In this document: positions 1-9,408 of the stretch, piece after piece
Layout of the letters: each line of letters starts with the position of its first letter
Numbering within the stretch: the stretch's first letter is position 1
Assembly: GCA_052103595.1 (NCBI GenBank)
Contig: JBQEKC010000002.1
Location: forward strand, 56,131-120,130
DNA length: 64,000 nucleotides
Source of the DNA: Candidatus Saccharimonadales bacterium
Lineage (GTDB): Bacteria > Patescibacteriota > Saccharimonadia > Saccharimonadales > Saccharimonadaceae
Direction: 5' to 3'
Notes under the pieces: model-generated
Seen by the model: only the letters and a program-made list of their open reading frames with translations
What the model was told of the DNA's origin: nothing
Databases searched by the model: none
Program-made: the position numbers and the translations under genes

Positions 1-1805
1 GGGACGTTAGCTTTAATCAACCCAGTAATAACATCTACACTTGGGCGCTGTGTTGCCAGCACCAAGTGAATACCCACCGCACGCGCTTTCTGTGCCAAGC
101 GCACAATCAGCGCCTCGACATCACGAGCCGCCAGCATCATCAAATCGGCCAACTCATCAATCACCACTACGATATATGGCATTGTGCCCTCTTCGTGCTG
201 CTGTACATTGCCATCTTCGTCTTCAACCGAGATTTTGTGACCACGCTGGCGCAAACGCTTGTTGTAGCTTTCAATTTCACGCACCTTTTCTTCGGCGAGC
301 AATTTATAGCGACGCTCCATCTCGTTGACGGCCCATTTTAGGGCACTGATGGTTTTTTCTGGTTCATTAATCACCGGTGTTAATAAGTGTGGAATATCTT
401 CGTATGGCGCCATTTCTACCTGCTTTGGATCCACCAAAATCAGCTTCATCTCGCTTGGGCTATTGCGATAGAGCAAGCTGGTTAATAGTGTGTTAATCAT
501 CACCGACTTACCCGAACCAGTCTGCCCTGCAATCAAAAGGTGCGGCATTTTATTCAACTCACCAATCGTTGCGTGTCCAGAAATATCCTTCCCGATCGCA
601 AAGCTCAGTGGCTGTTTACCACCTTTCCATTGCGACGAATCAAGAATTGCTCGCAAGCGCACATCAGCCGCACGCACGTTTGGCACTTCAATACCAACCG
701 CTTTTTGCCCTGGAATTGGCGCCTCAATACGCAAACTTTGAGCTGCCAAGTTTAGTGCAATATTTGTTTCAAGCGCCGTAATACGCGTCAACTTCACGCC
801 ACTTGGCGGGCGCAATGTGTATTGCGTGACCTTTGGCCCCACATTAGCGTCTTCCATCTCAACGTCAATATTAAATTCGCTGAGCGTATCTTTAATTGTA
901 AGGGCATTTTGCTGTACATCGCCCGCATCAGGTGGATTCTCTTTCTTTTCAAGTAACTCTAGGCTTGGCGATTTCCAGTTTGGATCACTCACCGCAACCA
1001 GGGCTTGCTGATTTTCCGCTTGTTTATCTTGCTGCATACTGCCACGTAAACTTGCCAAGCGCGGTTTTGCCTTTTCTTCAGCCTCTGTTTGTGTTGGCAT
1101 GTTAACATTTAGCTTAATACCAACATCTTTTGCGGCGGCATCAGCCTTATCTTTTTTACCCGTCTTTTCGTCATCTTTCTCGCTGCCACCAAACTTCAAA
1201 CGAATACCGCTAGCTGGTTTTTCAGCCTTGTTTGCTTCTTGCATTACTTTTTTATTTGAGCGCTCTTCTTCTTTTAGACTTGACTGCATCCAGCCCCAAA
1301 TACTACTAATTACCGTAAACGGCGAGACTCGTAGTACAAACAGCGCGGTAATAAGAATGAGCAAAATATAGATAAAGCCAGCCACGGTAGTGTTGACCAT
1401 CGGCAGCATAATATACATATTAAGCGAATCACCAAACCAGCCACCCGTCGTTTGCCCTGCTTTGTCGTGTAGTAAGCCAAAAAGACCCGCAAACCACAAC
1501 ACCATCAAGCCGGTAGCAAACTTCATCACTAAGGGTAATTTGTTGTTTTCTGCGCGGAAAATTTCGACCGCCATATACACAAACAATACAGGCACGACAT
1601 ACACCGCGTAGCCAATCAGTTGCAAACTCACCTGCTGTAGCCACTCAAGCACCGGCCCGCCCGCATCAAACCAGGCCACCACATACAACACCGACACAGC
1701 AATCAGTACAACAGCGCCAACTTGCGCCCAAAACCCTGCCGGCAGTTGATGCTGCGGCTTGGCTGGTGCTTTTTTACCCCGAGTAGCTTTTTTCTTTTTT
1801 GCCAT
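1..1805 (-). CDS. ftsK: DNA translocase FtsK/SpoIIIE (C-terminal end runs off the window edge)
   Basis: Not in ORF track because it leaves the window. Revcomp of 3-119 reads VEALIVRLAQKARAVGIHLVLATQRPSVDVITGLIKANV (FtsK motor motif). N-terminus MAKKKKATRGKK followed by TM helices from ATG at 1805. Confidence 0.9.
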   Translation of the reverse strand, partial: MAKKKKATRGKKAPAKPQHQLPAGFWAQVGAVVLIAVSVLYVVAWFDAGGPVLEWLQQVSLQLIGYAVYVVPVLFVYMAVEIFRAENNKLPLVMKFATGLMVLWFAGLFGLLHDKAGQTTGGWFGDSLNMYIMLPMVNTTVAGFIYILLILITALFVLRVSPFTVISSIWGWMQSSLKEEERSNKKVMQEANKAEKPASGIRLKFGGSEKDDEKTGKKDKADAAAKDVGIKLNVNMPTQTEAEEKAKPRLASLRGSMQQDKQAENQQALVAVSDPNWKSPSLELLEKKENPPDAGDVQQNALTIKDTLSEFNIDVEMEDANVGPKVTQYTLRPPSGVKLTRITALETNIALNLAAQSLRIEAPIPGQKAVGIEVPNVRAADVRLRAILDSSQWKGGKQPLSFAIGKDISGHATIGELNKMPHLLIAGQTGSGKSVMINTLLTSLLYRNSPSEMKLILVDPKQVEMAPYEDIPHLLTPVINEPEKTISALKWAVNEMERRYKLLAEEKVREIESYNKRLRQRGHKISVEDEDGNVQQHEEGTMPYIVVVIDELADLMMLAARDVEALIVRLAQKARAVGIHLVLATQRPSVDVITGLIKANV

Positions 1806-1894
1806 ATCTTCTTTAGTATACGCTATATTTGTTATGGTTTATATACTCGTATTGTAGCATATTTTGCAACGTTTTGCAAGAGTTGGGTACAGCT

Positions 1895-2092
1895 TTAGCG
1901 TGATTCAGGCGTTTGCGCTTCAATCGGTACAGGCACTGCTGCCATTTTGCGCGGGCGGTAATACACGATAAGCACCGCCATCGAACCATAAAAAAGCATC
2001 CAAGCAGTGTTCACACCAATCAGCATCGCATCGCCAATCGTAGTTGCATACGAGATATGGCGATCACTTGCCCTACCATCCACATTACCCAA
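1895..2092 (-). CDS. hypothetical small membrane protein (weak call)
   Basis: 65-codon ORF with TTG start and one hydrophobic helix (AWMLFYGSMAVLIVYY). No recognisable family. Confidence 0.25.
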   Translation of the reverse strand: MGNVDGRASDRHISYATTIGDAMLIGVNTAWMLFYGSMAVLIVYYRPRKMAAVPVPIEAQTPESR

Positions 2093-2141
2093 GTGCTAAG
2101 ATTAAACTCGTCCGAGTTTTTTATGCGGATCAGGTTAATAT

Positions 2142-2173
2142 AAAACACCCTCGGCTTTCACTGAGGGTGTTTT
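2142..2173 (-). terminator. Rho-independent terminator after rnj
   Basis: 11-bp perfect stem aaaacaccctc/gagggtgtttt with a 10-nt loop. T-run on the minus-strand reading, 14 nt past the rnj stop. Confidence 0.7.
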
Positions 2174-2186
2174 CATAAGCGCGATA

Positions 2187-4328
2187 TTAATAAGCGCGTG
2201 GTTCTTCCCGATTTTTTGGCATTGTCACCTCTGTATCAGGCACTTGTTTTTCGGGGAATTTCTTTGGCGCAGGGCGTTTAAATTCGCCTTCAGAGCCGTC
2301 TTTCTTGCCGTTATGACGACGGTCATTATTGCGGTCGTTATTCCCCCCGCCGCGATTGCCGCCAATTTCGTTAATCACAGGGATGACAATTGGCGTGCGA
2401 CGTGTTTGGTCGTAAAGCAAGTGGGTAATTTCGTCTTTGAGTTCTTTTTTCAAAACATCCATATCCACTTTTTTGCCGCCAAAGCTACGAGCAACTTTTT
2501 GCTTCAAGTATTGGCGAATGAGGTTCATCAACTCTTCGCTGTCACGCAGGTAGATAAACCCACGACTGATGATATCTGGGCTGGTCATCAAGCGACCACT
2601 GCCCTTTTGTACCGTCAACACCACCACAAACATTCCTTCTTGGCTCATATGGATGCGGTCTTTCAAGACTACTTCACTTACCGTTGCACCAGAATCATCG
2701 TACATAATACCGCCAACAGGGACGCGGCCGTTCTTGCGAGCGCTGTCTGACGTAATTTCAATCACGTCACCGCTATCACAGACAAAAATGTTATTACGTG
2801 GAATTGCACATTCGCGTTCAGCAAGCTCGGCGTTATGCACCAACATGTGGAATTCACCATGAATTGGCATGTAATATGTTGGATTGAGCGCGTTAATCAA
2901 CTTAACGTGATCGTCGTAGTAACCGTGCCCTGAAAGGTGCAGCGGGCCAATACCAGTCAAGTGCGTTTTGCCGTTTTGAATCACCTCAGAACCTTCACGC
3001 ATCAAACCATCAACCGTACGCACGACATACTTTTCGTTTCCCGGAATTGGGTTCGAACTAAAGACCACGACGTCGCTGTTTTTGATCTTGATATGGCGGT
3101 GTGAACCTGTCGCCATGCGGTTGAGCACCGCGTTCAGCTCGCCCTGGCTACCAGTCGAAACAATTGTCACCTTTCCATCAGGCAACTTAATGATGTCTTC
3201 CATCTTCATAATGACATCTTTAGGTACATTAATCGTACCAGTGCGCAGTGCCACTTCGAGGTTTTGCAACATACTGTATCCTGCCAGCGCCACTTTGCGG
3301 CCATGCTTTTTGGCTTCGTCCATAATGCCTTGAATACGGTGAATTTGTGAGCTAAACGCACTAATCACCAGGCGACTTTGTTGGTACTTGTCCATCACTT
3401 CACCAATACTGTGTTGGATCTCTGGCTCGCCGTGTGAGTGCGTACCTTCGCTTTCACAGTTAGTACTTTCGTTCATCAGCATTAAGATGCCTTCTTTGGC
3501 GCTAATTTCGGTTAGGCGCTCAAGGTCAAATTTTTTGCCGTCAACCGGATTGTCTTCAAAACGCCAGTCACCGGTATCTACCAACACACCAAGTGGCGTA
3601 CGAATCACGACCGCAGTACTGTCTGGAATTGAGTGGTTCACGCGCACCAATTCAATATTAAAGTGTTCACCAAGCTGCGCACGTTCGTGTGCTTCTGGGT
3701 TCAGCTCGTGATACTCTGGCTCGTATGTTCCATCGCTATCATCCATGTTGCGCTTGAGCATACCAATCGTAAACTTACTAGCATAGACTGGCGCTGGAAT
3801 TTGCGGAATCAGGTGGCGGAAAGCGCCAATGTGGTCGAGGTGGCCGTGCGTAAACACCACACCCTTAATCATGTGCTTGCGTTCAAGCAAGTAGCTAATA
3901 TCTGGCGTAATGTAGTTGATGCCTGGGTAGTCTGCACCGGGGAACAAAAAGCCCATATCAACAATCACGATTTCTTTATCGTATTCGATCGCCATCATGT
4001 TTTTGCCGATACCCATTTCACCAAGGCCGCCGATTGGCATCACCTTTAGTTTTGGACCATTTGTACGTGGCTGCTTTTTCCATTCTGCCATGCTAAATTG
4101 GCGACCTTCATAGCCGTTGTAAATGCTTTTGTTGACCGGGATATCGATCATGTGCTGGCTCGCGCGCAGATTCACGTTTTCGCTGGTGCGGCGCTGTGCA
4201 CGAAACACTTCGCCTTTGCGGGTATTGGTTTGGTTCAGCGCAGCAATGTTTGATTTACGCTTCTGTTGGCTTTGTGGCCGTTTGCTCATGTCATCTGACT
4301 GAGTATTACCGAGTCTTCGTTGACCCAT
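2187..4328 (-). CDS. rnj: ribonuclease J (metallo-beta-lactamase/beta-CASP) with basic low-complexity N- and C-terminal extensions
   Basis: 713-aa ORF with THGHLDHIG motif and core starting KVMPIGGLGEMG. SD AAGGAG about 9 nt upstream of ATG 4328. Confidence 0.92.
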   Translation of the reverse strand: MGQRRLGNTQSDDMSKRPQSQQKRKSNIAALNQTNTRKGEVFRAQRRTSENVNLRASQHMIDIPVNKSIYNGYEGRQFSMAEWKKQPRTNGPKLKVMPIGGLGEMGIGKNMMAIEYDKEIVIVDMGFLFPGADYPGINYITPDISYLLERKHMIKGVVFTHGHLDHIGAFRHLIPQIPAPVYASKFTIGMLKRNMDDSDGTYEPEYHELNPEAHERAQLGEHFNIELVRVNHSIPDSTAVVIRTPLGVLVDTGDWRFEDNPVDGKKFDLERLTEISAKEGILMLMNESTNCESEGTHSHGEPEIQHSIGEVMDKYQQSRLVISAFSSQIHRIQGIMDEAKKHGRKVALAGYSMLQNLEVALRTGTINVPKDVIMKMEDIIKLPDGKVTIVSTGSQGELNAVLNRMATGSHRHIKIKNSDVVVFSSNPIPGNEKYVVRTVDGLMREGSEVIQNGKTHLTGIGPLHLSGHGYYDDHVKLINALNPTYYMPIHGEFHMLVHNAELAERECAIPRNNIFVCDSGDVIEITSDSARKNGRVPVGGIMYDDSGATVSEVVLKDRIHMSQEGMFVVVLTVQKGSGRLMTSPDIISRGFIYLRDSEELMNLIRQYLKQKVARSFGGKKVDMDVLKKELKDEITHLLYDQTRRTPIVIPVINEIGGNRGGGNNDRNNDRRHNGKKDGSEGEFKRPAPKKFPEKQVPDTEVTMPKNREEPRAY

Positions 4329-4460
4329 ATCGTTTCTTCTCCTTTATTTTGAGTACATTTGTATAAAAACGTTAGATTTTGCAAGTAGTATACAGGGGAT
4401 TGTTTGATGGCGAGTTATTTGTTGATAGTTGCCGACAAGTATCCCTCGTAAGTGCTCTTT

Positions 4461-4489
4461 ATTATAGCGATCCGGCAAACTGTTGTCAA
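4461..4489 (-). promoter_or_regulatory. sigma70-type promoter of rnj (TTGACA-17-TATAAT), about 125-nt leader
   Basis: Minus strand reads TTGACA acagtttgccggatcgc TATAAT. Both hexamers are consensus with a 17-nt spacer. Confidence 0.6.
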
Positions 4490-4509
4490 TTATCCCTTTT
4501 TCTAGCAAG

Positions 4510-5082
4510 TTATGACTGGCGTGCCACCTCTGCCGCCGCCAAAAAATCATCAATCAACGTTTGACGCATGCTGCCATTATAGAGTGCTGCTGCCGGGTGA
4601 TATAACGGAATCACTAAGAACTCGTGATTATGGTACACCACGGGACGTGCCTTGCCGTGCTCCTGCGAAATCTTTAGCTTTGGAATAAAACACGCGCCAC
4701 TGTGCCGCCCCAAGGTAATCACTACACGCGGGTTAATAAGTTCAAGTTGGCGCATGAGATACGGCCAAAATGCCCGCTTTTCTGCGTCTGACGGGTCACG
4801 ATTATGTGGCGGACGATATTTTACTATGTTTGTAATATAGACATCCGAGCGCTCCATACCAGCCGCTCGCAACATTTCGTCTAAAAATTTGCCGCTAGCG
4901 CCAACAAACGGCTTACCCTGCAAATCTTCGTTTTTTCCGGGTGCCTCGCCGATGAACACAATATCGGCCTGCGGATTGCCATCGCCCATTACCAATTGCG
5001 TCGCCTGCGCGGCAAGTTCTGGGCAAATGTTTTTTGCGATAATATCGTGTTGCAATTCATCAAGAGAAGCGAGTTGATCCAT
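4510..5082 (-). CDS. udg: uracil-DNA glycosylase, family 4-like
   Basis: Motifs GDGNPQADIVFIGEAPGKNEDLQGKPFVGASGKFL and ITNIVKYRPP. Start moved to MDQLASL (5082) because an extended -10 box lies inside the longer ORF. Confidence 0.85.
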   Translation of the reverse strand: MDQLASLDELQHDIIAKNICPELAAQATQLVMGDGNPQADIVFIGEAPGKNEDLQGKPFVGASGKFLDEMLRAAGMERSDVYITNIVKYRPPHNRDPSDAEKRAFWPYLMRQLELINPRVVITLGRHSGACFIPKLKISQEHGKARPVVYHNHEFLVIPLYHPAAALYNGSMRQTLIDDFLAAAEVARQS

Positions 5083-5088
5083 GACTCT

Positions 5089-5097
5089 ATTATAGCA
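5089..5097 (-). promoter_or_regulatory. extended -10 box abutting start codon (leaderless-type)
   Basis: Minus strand reads TGcTATAAT agagtc ATG (N=6). Confidence 0.55.
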
Positions 5098-5164
5098 CCC
5101 TAGCAAAAACATCCTCGCCGAGAAGCGCCCCCGACGAGAATGTTTTGCATAAATAGAAGTGACG

Positions 5165-5824
5165 TTACTTTTTGCCGTTTGCTTTGTCGGTCACGAGCCG
5201 ACCAAGGTCATTCAGCTGATCGTTCACCTCAAGATCTTGCAAACCGTCTTGCGTCTTCTTCAAAGAGTCAGTTGCTTCAGATGCTTGATCCCGCACGTCG
5301 CGCGCCACGCTCATCATCTTGCTTGAATCGCGTGCGATGTAAGCTGCCTGCAGTTGCTTCATTGGATCTTTCAAGCCTTCATATGCTTTACCCATTTCAT
5401 TACCAAGCGCTGCGAGTGATTCGTTGTCAGATTCTGACAGTGTCTTGAGCGCCGTCAAACATGGGCCAATTTCTTCACTGTACGTATCACCTACCTTATC
5501 GTAACCAGCGCGCAAAATACCGTTCACCTTCGAAGCGCTACATTCTTCGCCAACCTGCAACACTGTGTCGCCAGAATTCACAAATCCGTCCATAAACCCA
5601 ACGAATTTTTCGTTTTGCTCAGCAAAAGTATCGTACTTTTCTTTCACTTCTTCATCGCGAAGCGCTTTCATGCCAGAAAGCTCGTCGACTGATGTTTTGT
5701 ACGAATCAAGTGACGATTTCATGTCGTCAATGTTCACTGAGTCGGTGTTTCCCGAGTTCATAGCACGCACAAGGTTGCGACCTTCGGTACTCAAGCTACG
5801 ATATGAGTTGTTGACGTCGCTCAT
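5165..5824 (-). CDS. hypothetical helical protein
   Basis: 219-aa ORF with clean codon periodicity, charged/helical composition, no TM or signal peptide. No family recognised. Confidence 0.6.
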   Translation of the reverse strand: MSDVNNSYRSLSTEGRNLVRAMNSGNTDSVNIDDMKSSLDSYKTSVDELSGMKALRDEEVKEKYDTFAEQNEKFVGFMDGFVNSGDTVLQVGEECSASKVNGILRAGYDKVGDTYSEEIGPCLTALKTLSESDNESLAALGNEMGKAYEGLKDPMKQLQAAYIARDSSKMMSVARDVRDQASEATDSLKKTQDGLQDLEVNDQLNDLGRLVTDKANGKK

Positions 5825-5927
5825 TTTTTCGTGCGCTTCTTTGTAATCAGCCTGCGTTGGGCCACTTAAGAAATCTCCTCCTGTGTAGTGCTTCTATCAT
5901 ACCTTGTTTTGATACATTATGCGAAAA

Positions 5928-5961
5928 AAGAACCCCGTTGCTACCTGCAAACGGAGTTCTT
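5928..5961 (-). terminator. Rho-independent terminator after pnp
   Basis: 12-bp stem aagaaccccgtt/aacggagttctt (1 mismatch). Minus-strand reading is followed by TTTTTT. Confidence 0.65.
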
Positions 5962-5983
5962 TTTGTGGATAAACAGCTGCGGT

Positions 5984-8098
5984 TTATTCCATATCACGCA
6001 TGGTCAGCGCTAAGCGACCACGGTCGTCAATGCTGGCGAGTTTCACTCGCACCATCTGACCTTCACTCAACACATCAGTCACGTTTTCAATACGTTCGTT
6101 GCTGATCTGGCTAATGTGCAGCATGCCATCAATCCCTGGCATAATGTTCACAAAGGCCCCAAAGTCTTTAATCGTTACCACTTTTCCTTCGTAGATTTTG
6201 CCGACTTCTGGCTCTTCGGTAAGATCTTTAATCCACTGCAAAGCGCGCTCGATGCTTGGGCCGTTGGCGCTCGCAACCGTAATCAAACCGTCTTCTTTAA
6301 TGTCGATTTCGGCACCAGTTTCAGAGGTGATTTTATTGATCATCTCGCCGCCTTTACCAATCACGGCACCAATTTTGTCTGGGTTGATTTTGATCTTTTC
6401 GATACGTGGCGCAAATGGGCTGAGTGCGTCTTTTGGCGCGGCCAAAATGCTCTTCATGTGATCCATAATATGCATGCGGCCTGGACGCGATTGCTCGACA
6501 GCTTGGCGCAAAATGTCCACCGAAAGGCCGTGCACCTTCATGTCCATTTGGATAGCCGTGACGCCCTTTTCGGTACCAGTTACCTTAAAGTCCATGTCGC
6601 CAGCGAAGTCTTCCGCGTCAGCAATATCGCTCAGCACGTATGGCGTATCACCATCCATCATAAGCCCCATAGCGATTCCGCTCACTGGCGCCTTCAGTGG
6701 CACACCCGCGTCCATCAATGCCAAACAGCTTGAACAGGTTGCTGCCATCGATGTTGAACCGTTCTGGCTCATGATTTCTGTCACGCTACGAATCGCGTAC
6801 GGGAACTCTTCCGCAGTTGGCAACACTGGTGTGAGCGCGCGTTCTGCTAAGTAGCCGTGGCCAATTTCACGGCGACCTGGGCTGCCAAGGCGGCGCACTT
6901 CGCCCACGGTATAGCCTGGCGCGTTGTAATGGTGCATGTAGCGGCGCTCGCCGTCGGTCACTTCCATCGTATCAACAATTTGTGCGTAGCTCAGTGGCGC
7001 CAATGTAACAATGTTCATCGCCTGCGTTACCCCGCGAGTAAACAAGCTCGATCCGTGCGTGCGTGGCAAAATACCAACTTCGCTCGAAAGCGGACGGATT
7101 TCGTCCAGACGGCGACCGTCGGGGCGCAAATTATCTTCAACGATGCCGCGGCGCACATCAAGATGCAATGCCATCGTAAAGGCTTCGTCGTATTCATCAT
7201 GGATTTCTTCGTAGCGATCATTGCCAAATTTTTCTCGCATCGCGTTATGGAATTCCCAACGGATTTCGTTTACAACATTGTTGCGTTCTGGATATTCTTT
7301 ACGGATATTAGAGCCGAACTTTCCATCCACCCAATGATTGACCTCTTCTTGGATGTCAGGGTTTGGCAAAACAAGTTCGTATTCCTGCGCAGCTGGCTGT
7401 ACCTTTTCAACCAGTTCTCTTTGTAGGGCAATGGCTGGCTGCATGTGTTCGTGCGCCCAGGCCATTGCTTCTACGACATCGGCTTCTGGCACTTCGTTGG
7501 CGGCAGCTTCTACCATCGTAATACCGCTTTCAATACCAGCAACTACCAAATCAAGGTCGCTTTGCTCGCGTTCTTCTGGCGTCAAAAAGGCTTTGAATTC
7601 ACCGTTCACACGGCCAACGCGCAAGCCTGCAACTGGACCGTCAAATGGTGCACCGCTCAACATCAGTGCAGTTGACGCAGCAATCATCGCTACCATATCC
7701 GGGCGGAAATCTGGATCCATCGAAAGCACGCTTGAAACCACCTGCACTTCTTGGCGGTAGCCCTTCGGAAACAGTGGGCGGATTGGGCGGTCAATCAAAC
7801 GGCCAATCAAAATTGCTTCATCGCTTGGGCGACCTTCGCGCTTAATAAAACGGCTGCCGCTGATTTTACCCGCTGCATACATTTTTTCTTCGTAATCAAC
7901 ACTGAGCGGGAAATAATCTAGCTGAATTGGCTTCGTGCCAACTTGCGTCGTGCCAAGCACTACGGTGTCACCGTAACGCACCAACACACTTGCCGTCGTA
8001 CGAAAACCAACGCGGTTTACTTCCAGTGTCAATGTTTTGCCGGCAAGCTCTGTGCTGACAGAAATAACGTCCTTGCCGTTTGGATTAATAATAGACAT
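5984..8098 (-). CDS. pnp: polynucleotide phosphorylase
   Basis: Two RNase PH domains plus KH (GKGGEMINKI) and S1 (GKVVTIKDFGAFV). Start at MSIINPNG preceded by AAGGAGG. Confidence 0.95.
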   Translation of the reverse strand: MSIINPNGKDVISVSTELAGKTLTLEVNRVGFRTTASVLVRYGDTVVLGTTQVGTKPIQLDYFPLSVDYEEKMYAAGKISGSRFIKREGRPSDEAILIGRLIDRPIRPLFPKGYRQEVQVVSSVLSMDPDFRPDMVAMIAASTALMLSGAPFDGPVAGLRVGRVNGEFKAFLTPEEREQSDLDLVVAGIESGITMVEAAANEVPEADVVEAMAWAHEHMQPAIALQRELVEKVQPAAQEYELVLPNPDIQEEVNHWVDGKFGSNIRKEYPERNNVVNEIRWEFHNAMREKFGNDRYEEIHDEYDEAFTMALHLDVRRGIVEDNLRPDGRRLDEIRPLSSEVGILPRTHGSSLFTRGVTQAMNIVTLAPLSYAQIVDTMEVTDGERRYMHHYNAPGYTVGEVRRLGSPGRREIGHGYLAERALTPVLPTAEEFPYAIRSVTEIMSQNGSTSMAATCSSCLALMDAGVPLKAPVSGIAMGLMMDGDTPYVLSDIADAEDFAGDMDFKVTGTEKGVTAIQMDMKVHGLSVDILRQAVEQSRPGRMHIMDHMKSILAAPKDALSPFAPRIEKIKINPDKIGAVIGKGGEMINKITSETGAEIDIKEDGLITVASANGPSIERALQWIKDLTEEPEVGKIYEGKVVTIKDFGAFVNIMPGIDGMLHISQISNERIENVTDVLSEGQMVRVKLASIDDRGRLALTMRDME

Positions 8099-8193
8099 TG
8101 TGTCCTCCTTTGTTTCGTAGATAAGTAACAGGGGCAAAAGTTTACGAATAAAACGCTTGTCGCCATCACCAATCTACGACTATTTACCCTTTT

Positions 8194-8202
8194 AGTATAC
8201 CA
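8194..8202 (-). promoter_or_regulatory. extended -10 box upstream of pnp (leadered, about 90 nt)
   Basis: Minus strand reads TGgTATACT. Located between the rpsO terminator and the pnp SD. Confidence 0.4.
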
Positions 8203-8258
8203 TAAACGCGTCAATAACCATGTAGATAGCCCTGCAACCCGCGGCTTCCCGTAAAACA

Positions 8259-8286
8259 AAACACCCTCTCGTTCGAGAAGGTGTTT
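8259..8286 (-). terminator. terminator/attenuator between rpsO and pnp
   Basis: Stem acaccctctc/gagaaggtgt (1 mismatch) with 4-nt loop. Minus-strand reading is followed by TTTTGTTTT. Confidence 0.6.
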
Positions 8287-8304
8287 TGGCGCTAATTTAC
8301 GTAA

Positions 8305-8571
8305 TTATTTACGCAAACCAAGCTTTTCAAGTGTTGCTTTGTACGCGTCAAAGTCGGTTCGTTCAAGATACTTCAAGAGGCGCTTACGCTTACCTACCAT
8401 CTGTACGAGTCCACGACGAGCCATGAAGTCGTGCTTATTCGCCTTCAAGTGCTCTGTAACCTCTTTGATACGAGCCGTCAAAACCGATACCTGTGCCTGT
8501 GGGCTACCAACATCGTTTTTGTTGACCTGAGTCAAAGCAATCGCTTTTTCCTTGTTCTCCTTAGTGATCAT
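8305..8571 (-). CDS. rpsO: 30S ribosomal protein S15
   Basis: MITKENKEKAI...GSPQAQVSVLTARIKEVTEHLKANKHDFMARRGLVQMVGKRKRLLKYL. Classic rpsO-pnp order. Confidence 0.93.
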   Translation of the reverse strand: MITKENKEKAIALTQVNKNDVGSPQAQVSVLTARIKEVTEHLKANKHDFMARRGLVQMVGKRKRLLKYLERTDFDAYKATLEKLGLRK

Positions 8572-8578
8572 CCTTTGT

Positions 8579-8587
8579 AGAATAGCA
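8579..8587 (-). promoter_or_regulatory. extended -10 box abutting rpsO start
   Basis: Minus strand reads TGcTATTCT acaaagg ATG (N=7). The aaagg could alternatively act as a weak SD. Confidence 0.45.
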
Positions 8588-8633
8588 GATTTTGCGCATG
8601 ATTGCAACCGGGCGCGTGCGCTATACTATACAT

Positions 8634-9407
8634 ATGCTACAAATTTTGCTTCATTCGTCCAAAACAATGCGCCACGAACCTGCGGAATATGCGCCGTTCG
8701 ATACGCCACGCTTTTTACCTAAAGCTACTACACTGGCGGATATATGGAAGTCAGCGCCAGCCGAAATCGTTGCCACGCACATGAAGCTTTCCCCTGCTAA
8801 AACCGCCGAAACGCAGCAGCTTTTTGCCAACTGGAGCGCGACGCCGCAGCACCCTATTCCCGCCATTGATGCCTTCAAAGGCGATATCTACAGCGGCCTG
8901 CAAGTTCCCAGCTGGGCAGAAGCGGACCGCCGCTACGCTCACGCACATTTGCTGATTTTATCAGGGCTGTACGGCGCGCTGCGGGCGTGCGATGGTATTG
9001 CGCCGTATCGCCTAGAAATGGGCTACAAATTGCCTGATGGCGCGTCGATGTACGCGTTTTGGGGCGATACGATTGCGCAGGCATTGCCGGCCATCACCTC
9101 TGTTATTATCAATCTTTCGGCGGTTGAATATACCAAGGCACTGCTGCCGCACGTATCGGCGCGCGTCATTACGCCAAAGTTCCTTACCATCAGCCCAAAA
9201 ACCGGTGAACCTACGTTTGTTACCGTGCACGCCAAAATCGCCCGCGGTGCCTTTGCGCGCTGGCTAATTACGCAGAGGGTCGAAGACATATCAGAGTTGC
9301 CTACATTTGCAGAACTTGGCTACCGCTACAACGCCGCGCTCAGTTCGTCAGAACAGCCAGTGTTTGTGTGCGAAATGTTTGCAGGGTTGGGATTGAGCGT
9401 ACGCTGA
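8634..9407 (+). CDS. yaaA: YaaA/UPF0246 (DUF328) peroxide-stress family protein
   Basis: MLQILLHSSKTM start, then FKGDIYSGL, LILSGLYGALRACDGIAPYRLEM, FWGD and HAKIARGAFARW, which match my recollection of the YaaA family pattern. Confidence 0.85.
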   Translation: MLQILLHSSKTMRHEPAEYAPFDTPRFLPKATTLADIWKSAPAEIVATHMKLSPAKTAETQQLFANWSATPQHPIPAIDAFKGDIYSGLQVPSWAEADRRYAHAHLLILSGLYGALRACDGIAPYRLEMGYKLPDGASMYAFWGDTIAQALPAITSVIINLSAVEYTKALLPHVSARVITPKFLTISPKTGEPTFVTVHAKIARGAFARWLITQRVEDISELPTFAELGYRYNAALSSSEQPVFVCEMFAGLGLSVR

Positions 9408-9408
9408 G

